From a virus (lineage: Duplodnaviria; Heunggongvirae; Uroviricota; Caudoviricetes), in IMG/VR virus record IMGVR_UViG_2698536476_000007: 26,878 bases of DNA, one strand, 5' to 3'. The notes under the pieces were generated by a model. That model was not told the DNA's origin and searched no databases. It worked only from the letters and a program-made list of their open reading frames with translations. The translations under genes were made by a program, and so were the position numbers. Positions 15,832 to 25,760 of the stretch are shown here, in pieces; the first letter of the stretch is position 1, and each line of letters opens with the position of its first letter.

Positions 15832-17311
15832 CACCATTCCGTCGAATACGCTGGTTCCGATTTTTTATGCGGAAATGGATAACCAGGCGGCGAATACTGC
15901 ACAGGACAGCGGAGCATCGCTGCTGATTGGTCATGCCAATAACGGTGCAGAGATTGTTGCCAACAGTCTGGTGCTGATGCCATCGGCAGACTATGCACGC
16001 CAGATTTGTGGTGCGGGAAGTCAGCTGGCGCGTATGGTCGAGGCTTATCGCCAGACCGACCCGTTTGGTGAACTGTATGTGATTGCCGTTCCTGAATCCA
16101 CGGGCGCGGCGGCAACAGTTACGCTGACGGTGACCGGCGCGGCAACCGAAACCGGCACGGTGAATGTTTATGTGGGACGTACCCGCGTGCAGGCACCGGT
16201 GACCAACGGCGATAACGTCGCGACGATTGCCAGCAGTATCCAGGATGCCATCAATGCCGTTCCGACCCTGCCGTTTACTGCCTCATCTTCGGCAGGCGTG
16301 GTCACACTGACCGCGCGTCATAAGGGGCTTTGCGGGAATGAAATTCCTGTCAGCCTCAATTACTACGGCTTTGGTGGGGGCGAAGTGCTGCCAGCGGGCG
16401 TACAGATTGCCGTGGCGACGGGTACCGCCGGAACGGGCGCTCCTGTTCTCACCGGCGCGGTGGCTGCAATGGCGGATGAGCCGTTTGATTATATCGGCCT
16501 GCCGTTCAACGACACAGCCTCCGTTAACACGCTGGTGACCGAGATGAACGATACCAGCGGTCGCTGGAGCTATGCGCGTCAGCTGTATGGTCATGTGTAT
16601 ACGGCAAAGATCGGCACGCTGTCAGAACTGGTGACCGCAGGTGACCAGTTTAACCAGCAGCACATTACCCTGGCGGGATACGAAAAAGAGACCCAGACGC
16701 CTGCCGACGAGCTGGCGGCAAGCCGTACCGCCCGCGCAGCGGTGTTTATTCGCAACGATCCGGCACGTCCCACGCAGACCGGTGAGCTGGTGGGTATGCT
16801 GCCTGCGCCGAAGGGGAAACGGTTCACGATGACCGAACAACAGACCCTGCTGTCTCATGGCGTGGCAACGGCGTATGTCGAAAGCGGGGTACTGCGCATT
16901 CAGCGTGATGTCACCACGTACAGGAAAAACGCTTACGGGGTTGCGGATAACAGCTACCTCGACAGTGAGACACTGCATACCAGCGCGTATGTACTGCGCA
17001 AACTGAAATCCGTCATTACCAGTAAGTACGGGCGTCACAAGCTTGCCAGTGACGGTACCCGCTTTGGTCCCGGTCAGGCGATTGTCACCCCGGCGGTGAT
17101 CAAAGGGGAACTGCTGGCAACCTACCGTCAGCTTGAGCGTGCGGGGATCGTGGAAAACTACGAACTGTTTAAGCAGTACCTGGTTGTGGAGCGTGATGCC
17201 AGCGATCCGAACCGCCTGAACACGCTGTTCCCGCCTGACTATGTTAACCAGTTGCGTGTCTTTGCCGTGGTTAACCAGTTCCGTCTTCAGTATTCAGAGG
17301 AGTCTGCATAA
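15815..17311 (+). CDS. Tail sheath protein (Mu gpL-like)
   Basis: 498 aa (Mu L is about 495 aa), followed by a 118-aa tube gene; N-terminus 'FNTIPSNTLVPIFYAEMDN' sheath-like. Confidence 0.85.
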   Translation: MTISFNTIPSNTLVPIFYAEMDNQAANTAQDSGASLLIGHANNGAEIVANSLVLMPSADYARQICGAGSQLARMVEAYRQTDPFGELYVIAVPESTGAAATVTLTVTGAATETGTVNVYVGRTRVQAPVTNGDNVATIASSIQDAINAVPTLPFTASSSAGVVTLTARHKGLCGNEIPVSLNYYGFGGGEVLPAGVQIAVATGTAGTGAPVLTGAVAAMADEPFDYIGLPFNDTASVNTLVTEMNDTSGRWSYARQLYGHVYTAKIGTLSELVTAGDQFNQQHITLAGYEKETQTPADELAASRTARAAVFIRNDPARPTQTGELVGMLPAPKGKRFTMTEQQTLLSHGVATAYVESGVLRIQRDVTTYRKNAYGVADNSYLDSETLHTSAYVLRKLKSVITSKYGRHKLASDGTRFGPGQAIVTPAVIKGELLATYRQLERAGIVENYELFKQYLVVERDASDPNRLNTLFPPDYVNQLRVFAVVNQFRLQYSEESA

Positions 17312-17667
17312 TGGCCCGTATCGGGGGAACCTGTTATTTCAAAATTGACGGTCAGCAGCTATCGCTGACCGGCGGCATTGAGGTGCCCATGAACAGGACG
17401 GTCAATGATGACATCATCGGCCTGGACGGTTCAGTGGACCGCAAGGAAACTCACCGTGCGCCTTATGTCAAAGGGACCTTCAAGGTGCCGAAGAATTTTC
17501 CGGTGAGCAAAATCACCTCGTCTGATGAGATGACCATCACTGCCGAGCTGGCAAACGGTCAGGTCTATGTACTGTCGTCTGCCTGGCTGCACGGCGAAGC
17601 GAACCATAATGCCGAAGAAGGCACGGTCGATCTTGAGTTCCACGGTGAAGAAGGGGATTACCAGTAA
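17311..17667 (+). CDS. Tail tube protein (Mu gpM-like)
   Basis: 118 aa immediately after the sheath with a 1-nt TAATG overlap. Confidence 0.8.
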   Translation: MARIGGTCYFKIDGQQLSLTGGIEVPMNRTVNDDIIGLDGSVDRKETHRAPYVKGTFKVPKNFPVSKITSSDEMTITAELANGQVYVLSSAWLHGEANHNAEEGTVDLEFHGEEGDYQ

Positions 17668-17936
17668 TGAAAGAGCTTGAGTTAAAGAAACCGATTACCG
17701 CTCATGGCGAGACACTCTCCGTACTGGAGTTTGATGAGCCCACCGGGAAAGATGTCCGCGAGCTGGGATATCCCTACCAGATGAATCAGGATGAGTCCGT
17801 CAGACTTCTGGCGCATGTGGTATCGAAATACATCGTGCGGCTGGCGAAAGTGCCGCAAAGCTCTGTCGACCAGATGTCTCCGGCAGACCTGAATGCAGCG
17901 GCGTGGCTTGTGGCCGGTTTTTTCCTCCAGGCCTGA
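17667..17936 (+). CDS. Tail assembly chaperone (short form)
   Basis: 89 aa directly upstream of the tape measure; contains the slippery heptamer T_TTT_TTC at 17918-17924 near its 3' end. Confidence 0.7.
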   Translation: MKELELKKPITAHGETLSVLEFDEPTGKDVRELGYPYQMNQDESVRLLAHVVSKYIVRLAKVPQSSVDQMSPADLNAAAWLVAGFFLQA

Positions 17937-18085
17937 CGGCTGAATACCTCACTGATCGCTTCTTTGACTGCGCCAGTTACTGGCGCATTAATCCCTTCGA
18001 ATTGCTGAATATGCCGATCAGTGAAATTCCCTTGCTGGTCAGTCAGGCAAACAGGATAGAGCAGGAGAAACGCACACATGGCTGA
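17903..18085 (+). CDS. -1 frame extension of the tail assembly chaperone (made as a fusion by programmed frameshifting; fusion spans 17667-18085)
   Basis: The -1 frame is open from the slippery site to 18085; its translation FFPPGLTAEY... continues directly from the zero-frame GFF; it overlaps the tape measure start (18078). Confidence 0.55.
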   Translation: MACGRFFPPGLTAEYLTDRFFDCASYWRINPFELLNMPISEIPLLVSQANRIEQEKRTHG

Positions 18086-19913
18086 ATTTGAGCTTAAGGC
18101 GTTGATCACCGGTGTCGACAGGCTTTCTCCCGCGCTGTCGAAAATGCAAAAGAAAATCCGGGGATTTAAACGCCAGGCGGAAGAAGCGTCACAGGGTGGG
18201 CTGGCGCTTGGTGGCGGACTGGCAGCGGGTCTGACGCTTTCCCTGAAATCTTATGCCGATCAGGAAAACGCCGCCACCGGGCTGAAAGTCGCCATGATGG
18301 ATGCGAACGGCGAGGTTGGAAAGAGCTTTCAGGACATCAATAAACTGGCTATTGGCCTGGGTAACCAGCTACCCGGTACAACGGCTGATTTCCAGAACAT
18401 GATGCAGATGCTGGTGCGTCAGGGGATCCCGGCAGAAAACATTCTTGGTGGTGTGGGTAAAGCGACAGCTTATCTTGCGGTACAACTGAAAAAAACACCG
18501 GAAGCGGCTGCTGAGTTTGCTGCAAAGATGCAGGATGCTACCGGAACGGCGTCAGAAGACATGATGGGGCTGTTCGACACTATCCAGAAGGCGTTTTATC
18601 TGGGCGTTGATGATACCAACATGTTGTCCTTCTTCACTAAAACCAGTTCTGTTCTGAAAATGGTGAATAAGGACGGTCTTCAGGCTGCACAGAGTCTTGC
18701 CCCCATCAGTGTCATGATGGATCAGATGGGGATGAACGGGGAGTCGGCAGGTAATGCCCTGCGAAAAGTTATCCAGTCCGGATTAAGTGTTAAGAAAATC
18801 AGGGACGTCAATAAAATCATGGCCCGCCAGAAACTCGGGGTACAGCTCGATTTTACTGATGGCAAAGGGAGTTTTGGCGGTCTTGATAACATGTTCAGGC
18901 AACTGGCAAAGCTGCGAAAACTGACCGACGTTAAGCGAACCGGTGTACTTAAGGCAATATTTGGTGATGATGCCGAAACCCTTCAGGTGGTCAATGCGCT
19001 GATCGATAAAGGAAAGGATGGCTACGATCAGATCCAGCAGAAGATGAATAAACAGGCCAGCCTGAATAAACGTGTTCAGGCTCAGCTTGGTACGCTGTCC
19101 AACCTGTGGGAGGCAATGACGGGGACCGCAACTAACGGCCTTGCGGCTATTGGCGGCGCATTTTCTGGTGACGCTAAAAATATCACGCAATGGCTGGGGG
19201 AGTTAGGGGAAAAATTCACGAAGTTTGCGGATGAAAATCCCCGGGTTATTCGCGGCGTCGTCGGGCTTGCTGCCGGTCTTGCGATTCTGAAACTGGGATT
19301 GATGGGCGTTGGCGGTGCCATCAGTATTGTCAGCAGGATCATGTCGATGACGCCGATTGGCATGATTGCGACGGCGATAGCCCTCGCTGCGGGATTAATT
19401 ATCACTAACTGGGATGTTGTCGGACCTTATTTTAAGAAACTCTGGGAAACCATTGGTCCTTATTTTGAGACTGGCTGGGAACTTCTTAAGAAGGTTTTTG
19501 CCTGGTCGCCGCTGGGGATGGTGATCAATAACTGGGGACCGGTTGTTAAGTGGTTTCAGGATATGTGGGACAAGCTGAAGCCAATTATTGAGTGGTTTAC
19601 CGACAGTTCCGGTGACACGGTCGATGCCATTAACTCTGCGCAGTGGGGCGCGGGTGCTTATGATGCTTATGGGACGGGAATACCGGCGCGGGGATACACA
19701 CCTTATCCGGCGGTAGATCCGGCTCAGTCAAACAACGCCTCCGATGCCACAGGCCTGAATCCCTTCATGATTAACAAAGCTTCTGCGCCAAAAGTTGATG
19801 GTGAGATCAAGGTCTCTTTTGTGAATTCGCCTCCGGGTATGCGGGTTATGGAAACGCGATCCAGCGGTTTTGATGTCAGCCATGATGTTGGCTATACGCG
19901 CTTTGGCAGGTAA
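18078..19913 (+). CDS. Tail tape measure protein
   Basis: 611 aa, Ala/Gly-rich with hydrophobic stretches, directly after the chaperone frameshift pair. Confidence 0.85.
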   Translation: MAEFELKALITGVDRLSPALSKMQKKIRGFKRQAEEASQGGLALGGGLAAGLTLSLKSYADQENAATGLKVAMMDANGEVGKSFQDINKLAIGLGNQLPGTTADFQNMMQMLVRQGIPAENILGGVGKATAYLAVQLKKTPEAAAEFAAKMQDATGTASEDMMGLFDTIQKAFYLGVDDTNMLSFFTKTSSVLKMVNKDGLQAAQSLAPISVMMDQMGMNGESAGNALRKVIQSGLSVKKIRDVNKIMARQKLGVQLDFTDGKGSFGGLDNMFRQLAKLRKLTDVKRTGVLKAIFGDDAETLQVVNALIDKGKDGYDQIQQKMNKQASLNKRVQAQLGTLSNLWEAMTGTATNGLAAIGGAFSGDAKNITQWLGELGEKFTKFADENPRVIRGVVGLAAGLAILKLGLMGVGGAISIVSRIMSMTPIGMIATAIALAAGLIITNWDVVGPYFKKLWETIGPYFETGWELLKKVFAWSPLGMVINNWGPVVKWFQDMWDKLKPIIEWFTDSSGDTVDAINSAQWGAGAYDAYGTGIPARGYTPYPAVDPAQSNNASDATGLNPFMINKASAPKVDGEIKVSFVNSPPGMRVMETRSSGFDVSHDVGYTRFGR

Positions 19914-19935
19914 TGAAAAATTAATCTGTTAATGA

Positions 19936-19960
19936 GTCCCACTCCGGTGGGATTTTTTAT
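19936..19960 (+). terminator. Intrinsic terminator between the tape measure and gene N
   Basis: TCCCAC-tccg-GTGGGA perfect stem followed by TTTTTTAT. Confidence 0.45.
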
Positions 19961-19973
19961 GTACGGAGTTTAT

Positions 19974-21302
19974 ATGACGTGGAAAGACAGACTTCAGGAC
20001 GCGTCATTTCGCGGTGTGCCGTTTAAGGTTGAAGAAGAAAGTGCGGGAACCGGTCGTCGTGTGGAAACACACGAATACCCGAACCGCGACAAACCCTATA
20101 CCGAAGACCTGGGGAAAATCACTTTCCGCCCGTCCATCACGGCTTATGTGGTGGGAGATGACTGCTTTGACCAGCGCGATCGCCTGATTGACGCGCTGAA
20201 TAAACCCGGTCCCGGCACGCTTGTCCATCCGACTTACGGTGAGCTGAAAGTCTGTGTTGACGGAGAGGTTCGGGTCAGCACATCGAAGAGTGAAGGGCGT
20301 ATTGTCCGCTTTGACCTGAAGTTTGTCGAAGCGGGAGAACTCTCTTACCCCACATCAGGTGCGGCGACGGCGCAGACGCTGATGTCATCCTGTTCTGCAC
20401 TGGATGACTGCATCAGTGACAGTTTCAGTAGTTTCAGTATCGATGGCGTGGCAGATTTTGTGCAGAACGACGTCGTCGGTAATGCCAGCACAATGCTTGG
20501 GTATGTTTCTGATGCGATGAAAGTGGTGGATTCTGCCGTATCGGATGCCGCCAGGCTGTTGCAGGGGGATATCTCGGTACTTCTGCCGCCGCCATCGTCA
20601 GGCAAAAATTTCGTTGAGCAGGTGCAGAAAATGTGGCGTACCGGGAAACGCCTTTATGGTAACGCCAGCGACCTGGTCACCATGATCAAAACGCTTTCCG
20701 GTGTCAGCCTCGGCAGCGATCTGCAACCGCGCGGCGTCTGGAAAACGGACAGTAAAACCACCGCCACGGCTACGCAGCAGCGTAACGTGGTTGCCAGCAC
20801 CCTTCGTACGACCGCAATCAGCGAAGCGGCGTATGCCGTCACCCGATTGCCTGCGCCAACAACTTCCGCGGTGATGCAGAATGCCGCAGTGGGGCAGGCA
20901 ACAACACCTGCGCAGAGCACTGGCTGGCCTTCCGTCACGCATCCGGCACTGAACAATGCACCGGCGGTGAAAAACACAGTTGACCTGCCGACGTGGGAAG
21001 AACTGACTGACATTCGCGACACACTGAATACGGCAATTGATAAGGAGTTGTCCCGTACAACCAGTGATGCGCTGTTTCTGGCGCTGCGCCGGGTGAAAGC
21101 AGATCTGAATGCGGATATCAACACGCGCCTTGAACAGTCTGCACGGATCATTCAGCGCACGCCGGATGAGGTTTTACCCGCGCTGGTGCTGGCGGCGACC
21201 TGGTTTGATAACGCGGCGCGTGACGCGGACATTATCCGGCGTAATGCCATTACGCATCCCGGCTTTGTGCCGGTGATCCCTCTGAAGGTGCCAGTGCAAT
21301 GA
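19974..21302 (+). CDS. DNA circularization protein (Mu gpN-like)
   Basis: N-terminus MTWKDRLQDASFRGVPFKVEEESAGTGRRVETHEYPNRDKPYTEDLG is the conserved Mu N-family N-terminus; GGAG RBS at 19963-19966. The track's 19932 start lies inside the terminator hairpin. Confidence 0.8.
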   Translation: MTWKDRLQDASFRGVPFKVEEESAGTGRRVETHEYPNRDKPYTEDLGKITFRPSITAYVVGDDCFDQRDRLIDALNKPGPGTLVHPTYGELKVCVDGEVRVSTSKSEGRIVRFDLKFVEAGELSYPTSGAATAQTLMSSCSALDDCISDSFSSFSIDGVADFVQNDVVGNASTMLGYVSDAMKVVDSAVSDAARLLQGDISVLLPPPSSGKNFVEQVQKMWRTGKRLYGNASDLVTMIKTLSGVSLGSDLQPRGVWKTDSKTTATATQQRNVVASTLRTTAISEAAYAVTRLPAPTTSAVMQNAAVGQATTPAQSTGWPSVTHPALNNAPAVKNTVDLPTWEELTDIRDTLNTAIDKELSRTTSDALFLALRRVKADLNADINTRLEQSARIIQRTPDEVLPALVLAATWFDNAARDADIIRRNAITHPGFVPVIPLKVPVQ

Positions 21303-22378
21303 ACGATAACGTCACGCTACGGGTAAATGGCCGGGAGTGGAATGGCTGGACATCGGTGCGCATCGGTGCCGGTATTGAACGGCTGGCGCGGGATTTCAGT
21401 GTGGAGATCACTCGCCAGTGGCCGGGAGATGAGGGTATCACCACGCTTCAGCCGCGCATTAAAAACGGTTCAAAAGTGGAAGTGCTGATTGGTGATGAGC
21501 TGGTGATCACCGGCTGGGTGGAGGCGACGCCCGTTCGGTACGATGCCCGTTCGGTCAGCACCGGTATTGCCGGACGTAGTCTGACGGCTGACCTGATTGA
21601 CTGTGCAGCCGAACCGACACAGTTTAACGGACGCTCGCTGGTGCAGATTGCGCAGGCGCTTGCTGCGCCTTTCGGTATTGAGGTGGTGAACAGCGGTGCG
21701 CCGTCGGGTGTTATTCCTGATGTTCAGCCTGATCACGGTGAAACGGTGATCGAGGTAATCAACAAAATACTCGGTCAGCAGCAGGCGCTGGCTTATGACG
21801 ACCCGCACGGCAGGCTGGTGATTGGCGGTATTGGCTCAACGCGGGCACATACCGCGCTGGTACTCGGGGAAAACATCCTTTCCTGCGATACGGAGAAGAG
21901 TATCCGGGAGCGGTTTTCTGTTTACCAGGTGGCGGGGCAGCGTGCCGGAAACGACGATGATTTCGGTGAGGCCACCACAACTGCGCTGCGGGCCCGCACA
22001 GAGGACGCATTTATTGCCCGTTACCGTCCGATGTATATCAGGCAGACAGGGCAGGCTACGGGGGCAGGCTGTATTGCGCGTGCTGACTTTGAAGCCCGAC
22101 AACGGGCGGCGCGGACGGATGAAACCACCTATGTGGTGCAGGGCTGGCGACAGGGTAACGGTACGCTGTGGCAGCCCAACCAGCGGGTGATTGTCTTCGA
22201 TCCGGTCTGTGGTTTCGACAATACCGAACTGCTTGTCTCGGAAGTCACGTTTACTCAGGACCAGAATGGCACCCTGACGGAAATCCGTGTCGGCCCACCT
22301 GATGCTTATCTGCCTGAACCCGAAGCCCCCGGCGCGCGGAAAAAGAAAAAAGCCAGAGTACAGGAGGACCCGTTCTGA
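21299..22378 (+). CDS. Tail/baseplate hub protein (Mu gpP-like)
   Basis: 359 aa; ATGA overlap with N; position between N and the baseplate V-like gene as in Mu. Confidence 0.7.
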   Translation: MNDNVTLRVNGREWNGWTSVRIGAGIERLARDFSVEITRQWPGDEGITTLQPRIKNGSKVEVLIGDELVITGWVEATPVRYDARSVSTGIAGRSLTADLIDCAAEPTQFNGRSLVQIAQALAAPFGIEVVNSGAPSGVIPDVQPDHGETVIEVINKILGQQQALAYDDPHGRLVIGGIGSTRAHTALVLGENILSCDTEKSIRERFSVYQVAGQRAGNDDDFGEATTTALRARTEDAFIARYRPMYIRQTGQATGAGCIARADFEARQRAARTDETTYVVQGWRQGNGTLWQPNQRVIVFDPVCGFDNTELLVSEVTFTQDQNGTLTEIRVGPPDAYLPEPEAPGARKKKKARVQEDPF

Positions 22379-22926
22379 TGAAGGCGATTGAAGCCATGCA
22401 GCGACAACTCCTCGGCCTGATTGGGCGGGCGGTGGTGAAAAGCATCAGTGCCGCCACGAAATGTCAGACCGTGGATGTGTCCCTGATTGCCGGTGAACCC
22501 AAAGCCGGGGTTGAACATCTTGAACCCTACGGTTTTACCGCAAGGGCAAACAGCGGTGCGGAAGCGGTGGTGTTGTTTCCGGATGGTGACCGTTCTCATG
22601 CGGTGGTTGTTACGGTGTCGGACCGGCGCTACCGCCTGAAAGGGCTGCAGACGGGTGAGGTGGCTGTCTATGACGATCAGGGGCAGTCCGTGACGCTGAC
22701 CCGGGAGGGGATCGTGGTGGACGGTGCAGGTAAAACGATCACGTTTCGCAATTCACCTAAAGCACGTTTTGAAATGGACCTGGAAGTGACAGGACAGGTG
22801 AAAGACCTGTGCGACTCCAGCGGCACCACCATGTCAGCGATGCGGCTTGCCTATAACGGGCATCGTCACAGAGAGAACGGTCAGGGCAGTAACACCGACA
22901 AACCTGATAAATCGATGGAGGCATGA
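22378..22926 (+). CDS. Baseplate assembly protein V-like (spike; Mu gp45-like)
   Basis: 182 aa; beta-rich central region and position; TGATG overlap with the previous gene. Confidence 0.65.
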   Translation: MKAIEAMQRQLLGLIGRAVVKSISAATKCQTVDVSLIAGEPKAGVEHLEPYGFTARANSGAEAVVLFPDGDRSHAVVVTVSDRRYRLKGLQTGEVAVYDDQGQSVTLTREGIVVDGAGKTITFRNSPKARFEMDLEVTGQVKDLCDSSGTTMSAMRLAYNGHRHRENGQGSNTDKPDKSMEA

Positions 22927-23351
22927 TGGAACTGTGGCTGACGGTGAACGGTAAACGCACCTGCGCCAGCGCACCGCTGGATCCGCTGACCCGCGCCGTG
23001 GTGATTTCCCTGTTTACCTGGCGGCGGGCGGAGCCTGATGACAACGCCGACGTCCCGATGGGATGGTGGGGGGATACCTGGCCTGCGGTACAGAATGACC
23101 GTTACGGCTCCCGACTGTGGCTGCTTCAGCGCAGCAAACTGACCAATCAGCTGGTGCTGACGGTAAGGGGGTATATCCGCGAATGCCTGCAATGGATGAT
23201 TGATGACGGCGTGGTGTCCCGTATTGATCTGGATATCCACCGCACCGGGATTAATGAACTGGGTAACAGTATCACTCTCTGGCGTCGTGACGGACCGGTA
23301 ATGATTTCTTTTGATGATCTGTGGAGTGCGATAACGCATGGCGGACAGTGA
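22923..23351 (+). CDS. Baseplate protein (Mu gp46-like, lysozyme-fold/GPW-like)
   Basis: 142 aa; position between the V-like and J-like genes. Confidence 0.6.
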   Translation: MMELWLTVNGKRTCASAPLDPLTRAVVISLFTWRRAEPDDNADVPMGWWGDTWPAVQNDRYGSRLWLLQRSKLTNQLVLTVRGYIRECLQWMIDDGVVSRIDLDIHRTGINELGNSITLWRRDGPVMISFDDLWSAITHGGQ

Positions 23352-24396
23352 ATTTCAGCGCCCGACGCTGGCAGAAAATATCAGTATGCTCCGTAACGAT
23401 TTATTCGCCAGGCTGGACGTCAGCGACACGCTCCGGCGCATGGATGAAGACGTGCGGGCAAAGGTGTATGCGGCGGCGCTGCATACGGTTTACGGGTACA
23501 TCGATTATCTGGCAATGAACATGCTGCCTGACCTGTGCGATGAGTCCTGGCTGGCGCGACATGCTGCGATGAAACGGTGTCCGCGCAAGGGGGCCACGGC
23601 TGCCAGCGGGTATATGCGCTGGGAAGGTGTCAGCGATGGCCTGAAGGTGACCGCCGGGAGTGTTATTCAGCGCGATGACCTGGTTCAGTACACGGCAACT
23701 GCCGATGCAACCAGCTCCGGTGGTGTCCTGCGCGTGCCGATCGCCTGCTCAAGTGCAGGCGCGGTCGGTAACGCTGACGACGGTACGTCATTAATCCTGG
23801 TCACGCCGGTTAATGGTCTGCCGTCTTCCGGCGTGGCAGATACCCTGACAGGTGGATTTGATACTGAAGAGCTGGAAACGTGGCGTGCCCGCGTCATTGA
23901 GCGGTATTACTGGACGCCTCAGGGCGGGGCTGACGGGGACTATGTCGTCTGGGCTAAAGAAGTGCCCGGCATTACCCGCGCATGGACATACCGTCACTGG
24001 ATGGGAACGGGAACTGTCGGTGTGATGATTGCCAGCAGTGACCTGATTAATCCCATTCCGGAAGAATCAACGGAAACGGCAGCAAGACAACATATCGGGC
24101 CACTGGCCCCGGTGGCAGGCTCTGATTTGTATGTATTCAGGCCGGTGGCACATACGGTGGATTTTCATATCCGCGTGACGCCGGACACACCGGAAATACG
24201 GGCTGCCATTACCGCGGAGTTGCGTTCGTTCCTGCTGCGTGATGGTTATCCGCAGGGAGAACTGAAGGTATCGCGTATCAGTGAGGCGATTTCCGGTGCG
24301 AACGGGGAATACAGCCATCAGTTGCTTGCACCGGTGGACAATATCTCCATTGCGAAAAACGAACTGGCGGTACTGGGGACGATTTCATGGACGTGA
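23338..24396 (+). CDS. Baseplate J-like protein (Mu gp47-like)
   Basis: 352 aa; size and position in the Mu-like baseplate gene order. Confidence 0.75.
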   Translation: MADSEFQRPTLAENISMLRNDLFARLDVSDTLRRMDEDVRAKVYAAALHTVYGYIDYLAMNMLPDLCDESWLARHAAMKRCPRKGATAASGYMRWEGVSDGLKVTAGSVIQRDDLVQYTATADATSSGGVLRVPIACSSAGAVGNADDGTSLILVTPVNGLPSSGVADTLTGGFDTEELETWRARVIERYYWTPQGGADGDYVVWAKEVPGITRAWTYRHWMGTGTVGVMIASSDLINPIPEESTETAARQHIGPLAPVAGSDLYVFRPVAHTVDFHIRVTPDTPEIRAAITAELRSFLLRDGYPQGELKVSRISEAISGANGEYSHQLLAPVDNISIAKNELAVLGTISWT

Positions 24397-24971
24397 CAAA
24401 CGATGATTACATCCGCCTGTTATCGGCACTGTTGCCGCCCGGTCCGGCGTGGTCAGCCAGCGATCCGGCGATTGCCGGTGCGGCACCGTCATTAACCCGT
24501 GTTCATCAGCGTGCGGATGCCCTGATGCGGGAGCTGGATCCGCGCACCACCACTGAACTGATAAACCGCTGGGAGCGTCTGTGCGGTCTGCCGGATGAAT
24601 GTATTCCGGCGGGAACGCAGACCCTTCGCCAGCGTCAGCAACGGCTGGATGCGAAGGTTAACCTGGCGGGCGGCATCAACGAGGATTTTTATCTTGCACA
24701 GCTTGCTGCCCTGGGCAGACCAGATGCCACCATCACGCGATACGACAAAAGCACGTTCACCTGCTCATCGGCCTGTACTGACGCGGTGAATGCGCCGGAA
24801 TGGCGGTATTACTGGCAGGTCAACATGCCAACCACCACCAACACCACCTGGATGACATGTGGCGATCCCTGTGATTCCGCACTGCGTATCTGGGGTGACA
24901 CCGTTGTCGAGTGTGTGCTTAACAAACTCTGCCCGTCGCATACCTACGTAATTTTTAAATATCCGGAGTAA
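24387..24971 (+). CDS. Tail protein (Mu gp48 / YmfQ-like, DUF2313)
   Basis: 194 aa; N-terminus '[16 protein letters not shown]' typical of YmfQ-like proteins that precede tail-fibre genes in e14/Mu-like clusters. Confidence 0.65.
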   Translation: MDVTNDDYIRLLSALLPPGPAWSASDPAIAGAAPSLTRVHQRADALMRELDPRTTTELINRWERLCGLPDECIPAGTQTLRQRQQRLDAKVNLAGGINEDFYLAQLAALGRPDATITRYDKSTFTCSSACTDAVNAPEWRYYWQVNMPTTTNTTWMTCGDPCDSALRIWGDTVVECVLNKLCPSHTYVIFKYPE

Positions 24972-24974
24972 TCC

Positions 24975-25760
24975 ATGCATCGTATAGACACGAAAACCGC
25001 GCAGAAGGATAAGTTCGGCGCGGGTAAGAACGGTTTTACCCGTGGTAACCCCCAGACTGGCACGCCTGCCACCGATCTGGATGATGACTACTTTGATATG
25101 TTGCAGGAAGAACTCTGCAGCGTGGTGGAGGCATCCGGTGCCAGCCTGGAGAAGGCGCGGCACGACCAGTTGCTTACCGCGCTTCGTGCGCTGCTGTTAA
25201 GCCGCAAGAATCCGTTTGGCGATATCAAATCGGATGGCACGGTGAAAACGGCTCTCGAAAACCTTGGTTTGGGAGAAGGCTCTGCATTACCTGTTGGTGT
25301 GCCTGTTCCATGGCCTTCAGCCACACCGCCAACAGGCTGGCTGAAATGCAACGGTGCGGCATTTTCTGCTGAAGAATACCCGGAACTGGCAAAGGCTTAC
25401 CCGACCAATAAATTGCCTGATTTACGTGGTGAGTTTATTCGTGGCTGGGATGATGAACGTGGTGTGGATAGTGGGCGAACTCTGCTTTCAGCGCAAGGAG
25501 ATGCTATTCGAAACATTACTGGCGGTTTTGGTCAGTTGCGCGTAAACAGCGAAATTAATGCAATTGTCGATGTTCAAAGTGTGAGTGGGGCTTTTTACGG
25601 AGGTACCTCAGTCCGGAATAACATCAATGTATCTATGACATACGCTAATGACCGAAAAATCCGACAAGATGTTCACTTCTCGGCGGCAAATGTTGTTCCA
25701 ACAGCAAATGAAAATCGTCCACGTAACATCGCCTTTAATTATATTGTGAGGGCCGCATGA
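24975..25760 (+). CDS. Tail fibre protein (constant N-terminal part plus variable C-terminal part with tail-collar-like motif)
   Basis: 261 aa; C-terminal '[22 protein letters not shown]...[19 protein letters not shown]' is the phage tail-collar motif; followed by a Tfa gene with ATGA overlap; contains a hix-like site at 25252-25277. Confidence 0.75.
   Translation: MHRIDTKTAQKDKFGAGKNGFTRGNPQTGTPATDLDDDYFDMLQEELCSVVEASGASLEKARHDQLLTALRALLLSRKNPFGDIKSDGTVKTALENLGLGEGSALPVGVPVPWPSATPPTGWLKCNGAAFSAEEYPELAKAYPTNKLPDLRGEFIRGWDDERGVDSGRTLLSAQGDAIRNITGGFGQLRVNSEINAIVDVQSVSGAFYGGTSVRNNINVSMTYANDRKIRQDVHFSAANVVPTANENRPRNIAFNYIVRAA
25252..25277. other. Candidate site-specific inversion crossover site (hix/gix/cix-like 26-bp dyad: CTCTCGAAAACC-TT-GGTTTGGGAGAA)
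   Basis: Matches the Hin/Gin/Cin/Pin site architecture (12-bp half-sites with AAACC/GGTTT flanking a 2-bp core) and lies inside the tail-fibre gene at the expected constant/variable junction. Confidence 0.5.

Noticed and set aside
20654-23339. Long - strand ORFs (20654-21151, 22881-23339 and others) in the tail/baseplate region
   Set aside because: Same reasoning: antisense to continuous, tightly overlapping + strand structural genes.
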